The translations under genes and the position numbers were made by a program. This document shows, in pieces, positions 8,104 through 16,783 of a DNA stretch of 64,000 nt. Positions within the stretch are counted from its first letter, which is position 1, and every line of letters begins with the position of its first letter. The notes under the pieces are model-generated. The model saw only the letters and a list, made by a program, of their open reading frames with translations, made no database searches and was not told the origin of the DNA. This DNA is from a virus. The stretch is from positions 1 to 64,000 of the IMG/VR virus record IMGVR_UViG_3300030102_007485. One strand, 5' to 3'.

Positions 8104-8429
8104 TGAAAATCGTAATAGAAAATCGCAAAAACAAAGTAAACGAAGTGGAATTTAATCTTTCCATGGGCGATACTTCTCCAACAGATAAAGGTATTGACCG
8201 TACTTTTGACAAGATGTTGAGGGGAAAGTATTATGACGCTTATAAGATTTTGTACAATGATGGTGCTGGTTTTTTAGACCAACCCATCCCCAACCTGCTA
8301 AGAAAATACTGGAAGTTTGCAAGAAAATTTAGCAAAATTGATGGTAGGTTCGTGCCTCCACAGGTTTGGTTAGACGACATCAAAAAAGGAGACGCCTCTT
8401 ATTACAGACAATGGAACAGGAGAAATTAA
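8103..8429 (+). CDS. Hypothetical protein with MKIVIEN leader
   Basis: ORF track; leader shared with neighbours. Confidence 0.7.
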   Translation: MKIVIENRKNKVNEVEFNLSMGDTSPTDKGIDRTFDKMLRGKYYDAYKILYNDGAGFLDQPIPNLLRKYWKFARKFSKIDGRFVPPQVWLDDIKKGDASYYRQWNRRN

Positions 8430-8430
8430 C

Positions 8431-8808
8431 ATGAAAATCATAATTGAAAACTCAAAAAATAACAATGAAAAGTATATGCACATATCTGACGGTCTGTATG
8501 AGGATGGAAGTCCTTTGGAAGAGGATTTTGAATTCCATGAACCTATGGACAACAGTGCCATTGAAGAGGCAGAGTACAGAGGCAGAAAGGTTAAACTAAA
8601 CAAACCCATGAGAGGGGATGTTAAAAAGTTTAAAGTATATGTAAAAGATCCAAAGACTGGAAACATCAAAAAGGTCAATTTTGGAGATCCAAACATGAGA
8701 ATAAAGAAATCTAACCCAAAAAGAAGGAAATCTTTCAGGGCAAGACATAATTGTGATAACCCAGGACCAAAAACAAAAGCAAGATACTGGTCCTGTAAAA
8801 AATGGTAA
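8431..8808 (+). CDS. Basic Cys protein (DUF6321-like, ..RRKSFRARHNC..KARYWSCKKW)
   Basis: Recognisable phage/giant-virus module following an acidic leader. Confidence 0.75.
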   Translation: MKIIIENSKNNNEKYMHISDGLYEDGSPLEEDFEFHEPMDNSAIEEAEYRGRKVKLNKPMRGDVKKFKVYVKDPKTGNIKKVNFGDPNMRIKKSNPKRRKSFRARHNCDNPGPKTKARYWSCKKW

Positions 8809-8833
8809 ATCTAATATCTTAAGGAGATTAAAC

Positions 8834-9184
8834 ATGAAAACTACAAAAGAAAAAATCGAAACCCTAATTCAAGAAGAAATTAAAAACTTAATTGAAGAAA
8901 AGGGTTTGACCGACGAAGCAGCAACCAGTATTCCCGGTGCTGCCACCACTGGTAAAAAAATTCCAAAACTTGACAACCTGCATCCAGTTAATTTGAAACA
9001 AATGATTGACAACATTGGAAGTTCGCTTGTTAAGGTAATGTATGACAAACCTGATCAATTAAGCATGGTCACTCTGTTTCAACAAGCGGGCAAGGAAGAT
9101 CTTGCCAAAAAGGCAGCAATGATTCGCGGACAGATTGAAGAGTTGTTGCCTGAGTTATCTGCACTGAAGGCGCTTAAAAAATAA
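8834..9184 (+). CDS. Hypothetical protein with IxxLIxEE leader
   Basis: SD AAGGAG, ATG 8834. Confidence 0.75.
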   Translation: MKTTKEKIETLIQEEIKNLIEEKGLTDEAATSIPGAATTGKKIPKLDNLHPVNLKQMIDNIGSSLVKVMYDKPDQLSMVTLFQQAGKEDLAKKAAMIRGQIEELLPELSALKALKK

Positions 9185-9199
9185 CAGGGGGACTTTAAA

Positions 9200-9517
9200 T
9201 TGAAACTTATACTGGAAGGTTGGAGGAAATTCATAACCGAAAGACATGAACCACTCTATAGTGTGGACGATGAAGTTGCGTATAACGAAAAATATGAAGA
9301 AGTAGACCAACTAATTGCCGCGGCAGAGGAAAAACAAGGCGAATTGGTCAAGATAAAGAATGGAATGTTCGTTATGTTTGATGGTGAACAGTACCTTGTA
9401 TATGACACTCCAACCCCAGCGGACACTGATGACTACAAGGATCTTTACTATTCCGAGGATCGAGACACTTTGTTGCAGGTTGCGATGGCAGATATCACAC
9501 AGGTGGACCTACAATGA
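9200..9517 (+). CDS. Acidic hypothetical protein with MKLILEGWRKF leader
   Basis: TTG start after AGGGGG. Confidence 0.75.
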   Translation: MKLILEGWRKFITERHEPLYSVDDEVAYNEKYEEVDQLIAAAEEKQGELVKIKNGMFVMFDGEQYLVYDTPTPADTDDYKDLYYSEDRDTLLQVAMADITQVDLQ

Positions 9518-9777
9518 GAGGAATGAGAGCAATTTTTGTCTTTTTTGTGCTTTTTGCTCTCTTTTTTTTACTAACTTATGGCACAGTTCTCGCAAAAGAG
9601 AAAACAAAGGTTAAGTTTTACAACTTTGATGACCTTTTGGTTGATGGGAAGGTGTCAAAACCCAAACTTCTTTATGTCGATTCAAGACAGAGGGTAAAAT
9701 TTGAAAAACTTCTTAAATTAAAAAAGGATTTTTTGCCCAAACTAAAAGAAACCGAACGTGATCCAGCACTAAGATGA
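9514..9777 (+). CDS. Secreted small protein resembling the gliding-motility protein CglF/GltF
   Basis: Signal peptide (VLA), then YNFDDLLVDGKVSKP..YVDSRQRVKFEKLLKLKKDF, matching my recollection of the CglF core. Confidence 0.6.
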   Translation: MRGMRAIFVFFVLFALFFLLTYGTVLAKEKTKVKFYNFDDLLVDGKVSKPKLLYVDSRQRVKFEKLLKLKKDFLPKLKETERDPALR

Positions 9778-10169
9778 CCATGCTTAAGATATTAATCCAA
9801 CCAAAAGACTCCAAAACTGTTTGCAAAGCGATTATCGTTGATAAAAAAGGCAGAGTTTTGCTGCTGAAACGCACTGAGTACATGAAAAAGTTTGCAAATA
9901 CTTGGGATTTGCCTGGTGGGCATGTACATGTTGGAGAATCCAACGTCGATGGGTTGCGAAGAGAAGTCAAAGAAGAGACTGATCTTGATTTGTCTGATGT
10001 AAAATTTGCCAAAACTGTAGATGGTAGGCACTTTTTTCTATGTAAAGTGGACAAATTTGACATAAAATTAAGCAATGAACACTCTGAATACCTATTTAGA
10101 GAAGTAGAAGAGTTGGATGTTCGTAACAAATTCGAAAAAATAGCGCAGGAGATACTAAAAAATGGATAA
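9774..10169 (+). CDS. NUDIX hydrolase
   Basis: Nudix box GGHVHVGESNVDGLRREVKEETD. Confidence 0.9.
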   Translation: MTMLKILIQPKDSKTVCKAIIVDKKGRVLLLKRTEYMKKFANTWDLPGGHVHVGESNVDGLRREVKEETDLDLSDVKFAKTVDGRHFFLCKVDKFDIKLSNEHSEYLFREVEELDVRNKFEKIAQEILKNG

Positions 10170-10452
10170 AGAACTACTAAAGCAGGTCATTTTAGAGACC
10201 CTCAAAGAAGAACTCGGTGCTCAACCCGAGGAGGCACCTGAAGAAGAGGGTGCTGGCATCACTACTAGTGAAATGAGGGAAGAATTGATCTCTTTGGCAA
10301 AAGATTCTAGAACTATTAGTTCTATTGCTGCTCCAGAAAGGCAGGTTATTGTTGCTGCAATCAAGGAAATGATGCAGTTGGCAGTGCAAAAAAACATTAC
10401 CAGCGGAAACGTTGCGACTTTATTAAACAAACTTTTCGCATTGAATAACTAG
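10162..10452 (+). CDS. Hypothetical protein with LKQVILE leader
   Basis: ORF track. Confidence 0.7.
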   Translation: MDKELLKQVILETLKEELGAQPEEAPEEEGAGITTSEMREELISLAKDSRTISSIAAPERQVIVAAIKEMMQLAVQKNITSGNVATLLNKLFALNN

Positions 10453-10463
10453 GAGAAAAACAA

Positions 10464-10967
10464 ATGTCAATAGGATCAGAATTTCATACACCTCAAAGTT
10501 GGGGAAAAACCCGCAGACCAAAAGCACTCAAAAGAGCTGGAGCAATTGCTGAGAAAGAGGCAGCAAGTGAGGTTGTACTCCTGAACGCTTCGCAATTAAG
10601 CGGTAGTATCGACTCTACGACCGGTGCTGGATATAACGGATATGCAACGGAAAACCAAAGATTTCTACACTTGCAAATTGAGAATAACGGTACCGGGGAT
10701 CACGTAAAGTTGTATGCTTACAATTATGCTTTTGGTTCTTGGTCGGAACTTTACTTGCCTTATGGTGCCGCTACTCAGTTGGATACTGGAGATGGAGACG
10801 GCGGTGCCCAAACAACTAATGACGTTTGGGTTGAAGCAAAATGGACATCAAAAAATGGAAAATTTATGGTAACCGTCCCTATTCACGGTATAGATCGTAT
10901 CGGTTTTGTGCACGATGGCACCAAAGGTAATGATCTCAAAGTCCGTGCTGCTTGTTCAAGTTTTTAA
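10464..10967 (+). CDS. Hypothetical beta-rich protein, possibly structural
   Basis: SD AGGAG; Gly/Thr-rich. Confidence 0.7.
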   Translation: MSIGSEFHTPQSWGKTRRPKALKRAGAIAEKEAASEVVLLNASQLSGSIDSTTGAGYNGYATENQRFLHLQIENNGTGDHVKLYAYNYAFGSWSELYLPYGAATQLDTGDGDGGAQTTNDVWVEAKWTSKNGKFMVTVPIHGIDRIGFVHDGTKGNDLKVRAACSSF

Positions 10968-10992
10968 AATTTCAAAGAACAAATGATATAAT
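10964..10992 (+). promoter_or_regulatory. Sigma70-type promoter
   Basis: TTAAAA, 17 bp, TG-n-TATAAT 10987-10992. Confidence 0.55.
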
Positions 10993-11025
10993 AACATTAT
11001 ATGATATAAAAGTCAAGGAGAAATA

Positions 11026-11256
11026 ATGTTAACCACTCAATTTTTTGTTTTCGGCATGTTGACCGGTGCAATTATTTGTGCTGGCACATTCTGGATCTGC
11101 CTGAACTACCTCAACCAATTCAAAACCCGAAGAACATTCCACATCGAACTTGAATCACCTAAAGAATATCACAGAGGTTTGCTTCGTGTCAAGGAAATAA
11201 TCAATAAAAATGAAAATTTAGGCAATAAAGCGTTTGGATCTTTTAAAAAGAAATAA
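11026..11256 (+). CDS. Single-TM membrane protein
   Basis: SD AAGGAG; hydrophobic N-terminus. Confidence 0.7.
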   Translation: MLTTQFFVFGMLTGAIICAGTFWICLNYLNQFKTRRTFHIELESPKEYHRGLLRVKEIINKNENLGNKAFGSFKKK

Positions 11257-11262
11257 AAGTAC

Positions 11263-11291
11263 TTTACAACTCTAAAAAAATATGCTATGCT
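11263..11291 (+). promoter_or_regulatory. Sigma70-type promoter
   Basis: TTTACA, 17 bp, TG-n-TATGCT. Confidence 0.55.
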
Positions 11292-11357
11292 AAAGAAGTT
11301 ATACGCTTTTACTTCTAAACTTTTAAATTTATTAGTATGTATTAATATTTAAAATAG

Positions 11358-11840
11358 ATGACTATTTTCAAAACAGGATCAGGTCAGAATGCTTCTCTTG
11401 AAGAGATAGAAAGTATCTGTAAAGATTATGTTTCGAAAGGTGCTAGAATATTTATTGGTACTGATTCATTTATGAGCAAGAAAAAAGTTTGCTTTGCTAC
11501 CGTTATTTGTCTACACGGAAACGGAAACAAAGGAAAATATTTCTTTTTAAGAGATGTCATACCCATAACGCACTATAAGGTGTTAGTTAATAGAATAACT
11601 GAAGAAGTCAGAAGATCTATTGAATGGGCAGACAAAATAAGAGAAGACTTCAAAATCCCTCAAAATAGCATAGAAGTACATATCGACGCCTCACCAGTTG
11701 AGGCAAAAATGAAAACTTCTAGGTTTATTGAAATGCTCCAGGGTTATGTTGCTGGTGCTGGGTTTGCTTATAAGATCAAACCTAATGCCTGGGCAAGTCA
11801 GACTGTTGCGGACAAACACTCTAAATCAGTAAGAATTTGA
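11358..11840 (+). CDS. RNase H-like YkuK/DUF458 family protein
   Basis: IFIGTDS, EVRRSIE, EVHID and IKPNAWASQTVADKHSK motifs. Confidence 0.85.
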   Translation: MTIFKTGSGQNASLEEIESICKDYVSKGARIFIGTDSFMSKKKVCFATVICLHGNGNKGKYFFLRDVIPITHYKVLVNRITEEVRRSIEWADKIREDFKIPQNSIEVHIDASPVEAKMKTSRFIEMLQGYVAGAGFAYKIKPNAWASQTVADKHSKSVRI

Positions 11841-11841
11841 C

Positions 11842-12156
11842 ATGAATAGTAGAATTGATGGTTATTCTATCTCCAGAGATGATCTAGTGGAGAGTTATGT
11901 TAGGAAACACTACGATCTTGGCACGATTATTGTAATGTTTAACGTACAAAACCACCTAGATTATCTTAAACAAAAAGGTTTTACAATACATAATACATAT
12001 GTGTGGGATAACGAGATAATGATCTTTGAATTTCGAGACGTCGAGGAAGCAAAATTTATATTAGACTATGTATCTGGTGAGGACTGTCCTTTCACTCAGG
12101 TCTGGAGTCATGGTAAGTTAATATGCGACAATCTTGATCGACTTGCAAAATCTTAG
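11842..12156 (+). CDS. Hypothetical protein
   Basis: ORF track. Confidence 0.65.
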   Translation: MNSRIDGYSISRDDLVESYVRKHYDLGTIIVMFNVQNHLDYLKQKGFTIHNTYVWDNEIMIFEFRDVEEAKFILDYVSGEDCPFTQVWSHGKLICDNLDRLAKS

Positions 12157-12180
12157 ACTATTTATAATTGGAGAAAGATT

Positions 12181-13014
12181 ATGGAATCATACAGCAAAAA
12201 GTGGAACACGTTTATAAAGGAAGGTGGGTTTGACCCCTCTAAATTTATCATACAGAAGACTTTAAATGCCAAAATTTGGAAAAACGGTGAAATAAAGTCA
12301 GATGTACAAAGTGCATTGATGGAGATTGCCAAGGAATTTTACGAACATCTTTCAAAAGAGGTGGACGACATACCAGAACTAGAAGATGTAATATTCACAG
12401 GTTCTGTTGCAAGTTATAATTACCACGATTTGTCAGACATAGATTTGCATCTAATTTTGGACTTTTCAAAGTTCAAGAAAAATCCTGAACTCTTAGAGAA
12501 ATATTTCACTGCAAAAAGAATTAATTGGAATAAGGTTCACAACATAATGGTAAATGGTCATGAGGTTGAGATTTATATTCAAGATGCAAACGAAGATCAC
12601 ATGGCAAGTGGGATATATTCTTTGCAAGACGATGAGTGGATAAAGAAACCTAAAAGAGAAGAGGTTTCGATTGATTTTGAAACAGCAAAGAAGAAATACA
12701 ATTCCTTGTCAAATGAGATTGCAGAATTGCAAAAAATGTTTTATGATGGTGAATATAGAAAGGTACATGATCATACAATTAAACTTAAAGATAAGATTAA
12801 GAAAATGAGGACCTCGGGATTGAGAGACGAGGGGATATATTCTAGTGAAAACTTGGCGTTTAAGATGCTGAGAATTAATTTAGATTTAGAGAGACTAAGT
12901 TCTCTTAAGACAGATTCTTATGATAGGATGATGTCTGTGACAAATTCTGAAAAAGTCAAGATTAAAGTACAAGAAGTTTGGCGGAACTTCGTGGCAAAAG
13001 GAGAAGTAAAATGA
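12181..13014 (+). CDS. Pol-beta superfamily nucleotidyltransferase
   Basis: TGS...SDIDLH and EVEIY motifs; late motif ACTATTTA at 12157. Confidence 0.85.
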   Translation: MESYSKKWNTFIKEGGFDPSKFIIQKTLNAKIWKNGEIKSDVQSALMEIAKEFYEHLSKEVDDIPELEDVIFTGSVASYNYHDLSDIDLHLILDFSKFKKNPELLEKYFTAKRINWNKVHNIMVNGHEVEIYIQDANEDHMASGIYSLQDDEWIKKPKREEVSIDFETAKKKYNSLSNEIAELQKMFYDGEYRKVHDHTIKLKDKIKKMRTSGLRDEGIYSSENLAFKMLRINLDLERLSSLKTDSYDRMMSVTNSEKVKIKVQEVWRNFVAKGEVK

Positions 13015-13913
13015 TAGACCCAGACACCCCATACGGTGTTGTAGATAACGACACAGGAGAGGTTGTTTATAAGACAACTTATAAAAATAGAAATAAAGCA
13101 CGTTCGATAAAAGACAAAAAAGATCTAAAGCACGGTAAAGTTAAGTACAGTGTAAAAGTTTTGGAGGAAGAGAGCATGAGAGAAGGATCAATGAAAAAGA
13201 CCAGTCGCTTCAAGGAAGGAGACAAAGTCGAGCACAAAGAAGAGAAACGCGGCGTAGGCACTGTTGTTTCTAGGTCTGGTGATACTGTGGGTGTTAGATG
13301 GCCATCGGGTCAAGAGTCTCATAACCATGGTATGCTTAGAAAGACTGGTGTGAAGGAGGGTCATGAAGATTCATTTTCTTATTACGATGATGAAGAGGAA
13401 CCCTACGACTATGATGGGGGAGAACCCTATGACTATGATGGTGATGAAGATGATTTAGATTACGAGTTGCGTGATAGGATGCGCGCCATCAAGGCAAAAG
13501 AAAAGGAAGAAAGAGAGAAAAAATCTGTCAAAGAAGTCAATAAAGGGCAAAAAAAGGAACTTAAAAAGATTTCTAAGGAACTTGCCAATGCATCTAAGAT
13601 GCACAAGGGGCAATCTGACAGAATCTCAGATCTTTTAGACAAGGACGACGAAAAAGAGGACATTGAAGAAGGCAAGGCAAAAAATTGCGGATGTGGACAA
13701 GATCCTTGCGTCACATATGGCATTGCTGAAGAGTTGGAAAACCCTGAGAAGGCAGACCTTGACAAGGACGGAGAACTAAGTTCTTACGAAAAAAAGAGAG
13801 GCAAAGCGATTGAGAAATCGATGAAAAAACAAAAAGGTCTAAAAGAAAAACTTTATGAGTCAAGAGACACCAAGTTGTTTCAGAAGTTACTTAAAAAGTG
13901 GACAAAGAAATAA
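13011..13913 (+). CDS. Modular charged protein (SH3-like, Tyr/Asp repeat, CGCGQDPC, EF-hand-like DLDKDGELSSYE, LLKKWT tail)
   Basis: ATG 13011 overlaps the upstream TGA; motifs visible in the translation. Confidence 0.75.
   Translation: MIDPDTPYGVVDNDTGEVVYKTTYKNRNKARSIKDKKDLKHGKVKYSVKVLEEESMREGSMKKTSRFKEGDKVEHKEEKRGVGTVVSRSGDTVGVRWPSGQESHNHGMLRKTGVKEGHEDSFSYYDDEEEPYDYDGGEPYDYDGDEDDLDYELRDRMRAIKAKEKEEREKKSVKEVNKGQKKELKKISKELANASKMHKGQSDRISDLLDKDDEKEDIEEGKAKNCGCGQDPCVTYGIAEELENPEKADLDKDGELSSYEKKRGKAIEKSMKKQKGLKEKLYESRDTKLFQKLLKKWTKK
13398..13442 (+). repeat. 24-bp tandem duplication encoding EPYDYDG twice
   Basis: GAACCCTA(C/T)GACTATGATGG at 13398 and 13422. Confidence 0.85.
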
Positions 13914-14251
13914 AAACAAGATATAAAGCAAAATTGATCCGGGTTGTCGATGGAGACACTATCGACGCCCAGATTGATTTGGGTTTCGATATCTTTGTTA
14001 ATAAAAGAATACGTTTATGGGGAATTAATGCCCCTGAGACGCGTTCAAAGGACAAGGATGAGGTTAGTGCTGGAAAGAAGACTTTGATGCGTCTAGCGTC
14101 CATTCTCGCCCTCTCAGGTGGAGAGTTTGAGGTAATCACTCACGGTGATGGCAAGTATGGTCGGTGTTTGGGCGAAATATACGTGGAAGACTTCCAAGAA
14201 AGTGTAAATCAACTACTAATCAATGAAGGTCTAGCAAAGGAATATATATAA
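13898..14251 (+). CDS. Thermonuclease (SNase-like)
   Basis: RVVDGDTI, RIRLWGINAPE and GKYGRCL motifs. Confidence 0.9.
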   Translation: MDKEIKTRYKAKLIRVVDGDTIDAQIDLGFDIFVNKRIRLWGINAPETRSKDKDEVSAGKKTLMRLASILALSGGEFEVITHGDGKYGRCLGEIYVEDFQESVNQLLINEGLAKEYI

Positions 14252-14592
14252 TGAAAAAGATTGTTGAAAATTTTCGTAAATTCGCAGATTCGGGTGATGA
14301 AATTGATAAATTGGTTGCGAAATACTATTCTGACCTGAGTGATGACGCCCGTCAGGAGAAGGTAGACTTTTTCAAGAAAAGGATGAAAGCGTCAGTTCGG
14401 ACCAATGGAGAATGGATTCGCAAAACTATGCTTCATTCTTTTGAGCAAAAAATGAAAGCAGAACGGCAAAGAAGAGAAAGGACACCAGAAGAGACCGCCG
14501 CAGCAAAGGCAGCATCAGAAAAATCAAAATTAAAATCAGATGAAAGAGAAAGGGAGATGAGAAGAAAGTACGGCAGAAGGTGGAATAAGTAA
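14251..14592 (+). CDS. Basic hypothetical protein with MKKIVENFRKF leader
   Basis: ORF track. Confidence 0.7.
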   Translation: MKKIVENFRKFADSGDEIDKLVAKYYSDLSDDARQEKVDFFKKRMKASVRTNGEWIRKTMLHSFEQKMKAERQRRERTPEETAAAKAASEKSKLKSDEREREMRRKYGRRWNK

Positions 14593-14593
14593 G

Positions 14594-14770
14594 ATGTGTA
14601 TAATTTGTGTTGAGTTGGAGAAGAACAGACTTACTGTTATCGAAGCGCGTAGGAATTATTGTGAAATGAAACCATTTCTAGGGGATCATGCTGAAGAGGT
14701 CGAAAAGTTGATGTTAGAGAAAGAGATAGAGGAAATATTACAAGGTTATATAGAATTCGAGGAGGATTAG
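14594..14770 (+). CDS. Small protein MCIICVE... (58 aa), not in the track
   Basis: ATG immediately after the upstream stop; TAG 14768-14770. Confidence 0.65.
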   Translation: MCIICVELEKNRLTVIEARRNYCEMKPFLGDHAEEVEKLMLEKEIEEILQGYIEFEED

Positions 14771-14771
14771 T

Positions 14772-14933
14772 ATGAGTATTGAGATGGTGTTGTTAATTGT
14801 TGCAGTCGCGATACAATTTTTAAACAACAGAAGGATTGATAAAAAATTAGAAGAACTAGAAGACAGGACAATCCTCACAATAAGAAACCCAGTAATGGCG
14901 AGAAGAAGTCTTTTAAGAAAAGAAAAAAAATAG
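14772..14933 (+). CDS. Small N-anchored membrane protein (53 aa), not in the track
   Basis: SD GGAGG; hydrophobic N-terminus. Confidence 0.6.
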   Translation: MSIEMVLLIVAVAIQFLNNRRIDKKLEELEDRTILTIRNPVMARRSLLRKEKK

Positions 14934-14962
14934 TTACATTGCTTGCTTCTTTGTGATAATAT
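14934..14962 (+). promoter_or_regulatory. Sigma70-type promoter for purA
   Basis: TTACAT, 17 bp, TG-n-TAATAT, preceded by an A-tract. Confidence 0.6.
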
Positions 14963-14993
14963 CAATCTACATTAACAAAGGAAGATAAAAAAC

Positions 14994-15995
14994 ATGTATG
15001 CAGATGTAGTAGTTGATCTACAGTTTGGTGATTGTGGCAAGGGGAAGGTGGCACACCATCTTTGTAAGACCGGAGACTACACTCACGTAGTGCGATATAA
15101 TGGCGGATGTAACGCTGGTCATACAATTTACCATGAAGGTAAGAGATTTATAACACACCACATACCATGTGGTGTTTTTTTTGGCATTAGGTCCATTATT
15201 GGACCTGGTTGTGTTGTCAACACTGAGCGGTTCTTGTCCGAAGTAGAAGAACTTGAGAGTGCCGGAATAGATACCAGAAGTCTTATTGGGATAGCATCAA
15301 ATGCCCACATAATTACAGACTTCCATGTATCGGAAGACAGTAGGGACACAGAGATTGGAACCACCAAACGCGGAAATGGTCCTGCGTATAGAGATAAGTA
15401 TGCCCGACGAGGTGTGCGTGCTTTAGAAGACCCAAGACTTGCCGAATACATAGTTGACATCTATGAAGAATTCCACAACAACCCAAACTTTAAAGAAATA
15501 GGGGTTTTGTTTGAAGGTGCACAAGGATTTGGATTAGACGTGGACTGGGGCGACTACCCCTATGTGACATCGTCTCATTGCACCGTTGGTTCAGCGATCT
15601 TGAACGGTATTCCACCAAGTTGTATTAGAAATGTTTGGGGTGTTGCTAAGGTTTATGAGACCTATGTTGGCGCAAAAGAGTTTCAGGGTGATGATCCTGA
15701 CTTTGATATTATCAGAGAACTTGGAGAAGAGTATGGGGCGACTACTGGTCGCCCTCGGCAAGTAAACTGGTTTGACTTAGATCGAATTGAGATGGCAGTC
15801 AATATCAACGGAGTCAACAAGTTGGTTATAAACAAAGTGGATGTTTTAAAAGAGTTGGGTCGCTGGGCAGTATACCACGGTCCAGATGTGCTCGAATTTG
15901 AAACAGCAAGTGATATGAATGGGTATATTATGGAAAATGTACGATCACCCACAGACATTGAGTATTACTTTTCCGAGAGCAAGCACAGAATTTAA
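14994..15995 (+). CDS. purA: Adenylosuccinate synthetase (short form)
   Basis: QFGDCGKGK, GGCNAGHT, EGAQG, YPYVTSS, GATTGRPR and NKVD motifs. Confidence 0.95.
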   Translation: MYADVVVDLQFGDCGKGKVAHHLCKTGDYTHVVRYNGGCNAGHTIYHEGKRFITHHIPCGVFFGIRSIIGPGCVVNTERFLSEVEELESAGIDTRSLIGIASNAHIITDFHVSEDSRDTEIGTTKRGNGPAYRDKYARRGVRALEDPRLAEYIVDIYEEFHNNPNFKEIGVLFEGAQGFGLDVDWGDYPYVTSSHCTVGSAILNGIPPSCIRNVWGVAKVYETYVGAKEFQGDDPDFDIIRELGEEYGATTGRPRQVNWFDLDRIEMAVNINGVNKLVINKVDVLKELGRWAVYHGPDVLEFETASDMNGYIMENVRSPTDIEYYFSESKHRI

Positions 15996-16033
15996 AAGTT
16001 TTGTTGTTTTGATTCGATATACCTATTTATTGT

Positions 16034-16531
16034 ATGGATTTACACAAACTACAAGACTTAACTGAAGAGTTTCTTCGCTTCTTTGCTGAACAGAGGCAAA
16101 TCAATCTTGATGACATGCCACAGGTAAATTTTGTCATGGATGAAAAGTTTGCAAACGATCCCTTCGGAATGACTGGGTATTACAATCCTGAAAACTCAGA
16201 AATTTACGCATTCGTTCCAGGGCGTCACTATAAAGACATTATGAGAACTGTCGCGCATGAGTGCATACATCATGTGCAAAATCTACGCGGTGATCTTTCG
16301 GAAATGGGAGACATGGGGGAAGGTTATGCACAAAATAACCAAAAGATGAGAGAGATGGAGAAAGAGGCGTACCTTGAGGGGAATATGCTTTTTCGAGATT
16401 GGACCGACACGCGCAAAGAAGGATACAAAAAAAAGAAGTTGATGAAAGAAAATCGCGACTTGCAACCTACAAGCAAGAGTGAAGTTTTGTACAAAAGACT
16501 TTTGAAAAAATGGACGAGACACGACCGATGA
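16034..16531 (+). CDS. Zincin-like metallopeptidase with LLKKWT tail
   Basis: RTVAHECIHH..Q followed by EKEAY. Confidence 0.75.
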   Translation: MDLHKLQDLTEEFLRFFAEQRQINLDDMPQVNFVMDEKFANDPFGMTGYYNPENSEIYAFVPGRHYKDIMRTVAHECIHHVQNLRGDLSEMGDMGEGYAQNNQKMREMEKEAYLEGNMLFRDWTDTRKEGYKKKKLMKENRDLQPTSKSEVLYKRLLKKWTRHDR

Positions 16532-16779
16532 ATTACGATGACATGAACCAAATAACAAAAAAGTTTCTGCTAAATGAAGGCGAAACTTCCATCAAAGAGT
16601 ATGTTCAATCTCTTATGGAAATAATAAATTCCTTGACTTTAACCACTCAGCGTGATATAAATAGAAGAAAGATAGCGAATAGTCACGTTAAAGAAATTAG
16701 AAGAAGATGTCGGAGACTGGAAGAAAGAATCGGTCTCTTGGAAGAACAGATAACTATCCTGGAAGAAACCAAGGAGTAG
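16528..16779 (+). CDS. Coiled-coil hypothetical protein
   Basis: ATG overlaps the upstream stop. Confidence 0.65.
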   Translation: MNYDDMNQITKKFLLNEGETSIKEYVQSLMEIINSLTLTTQRDINRRKIANSHVKEIRRRCRRLEERIGLLEEQITILEETKE

Positions 16780-16783
16780 AAAC

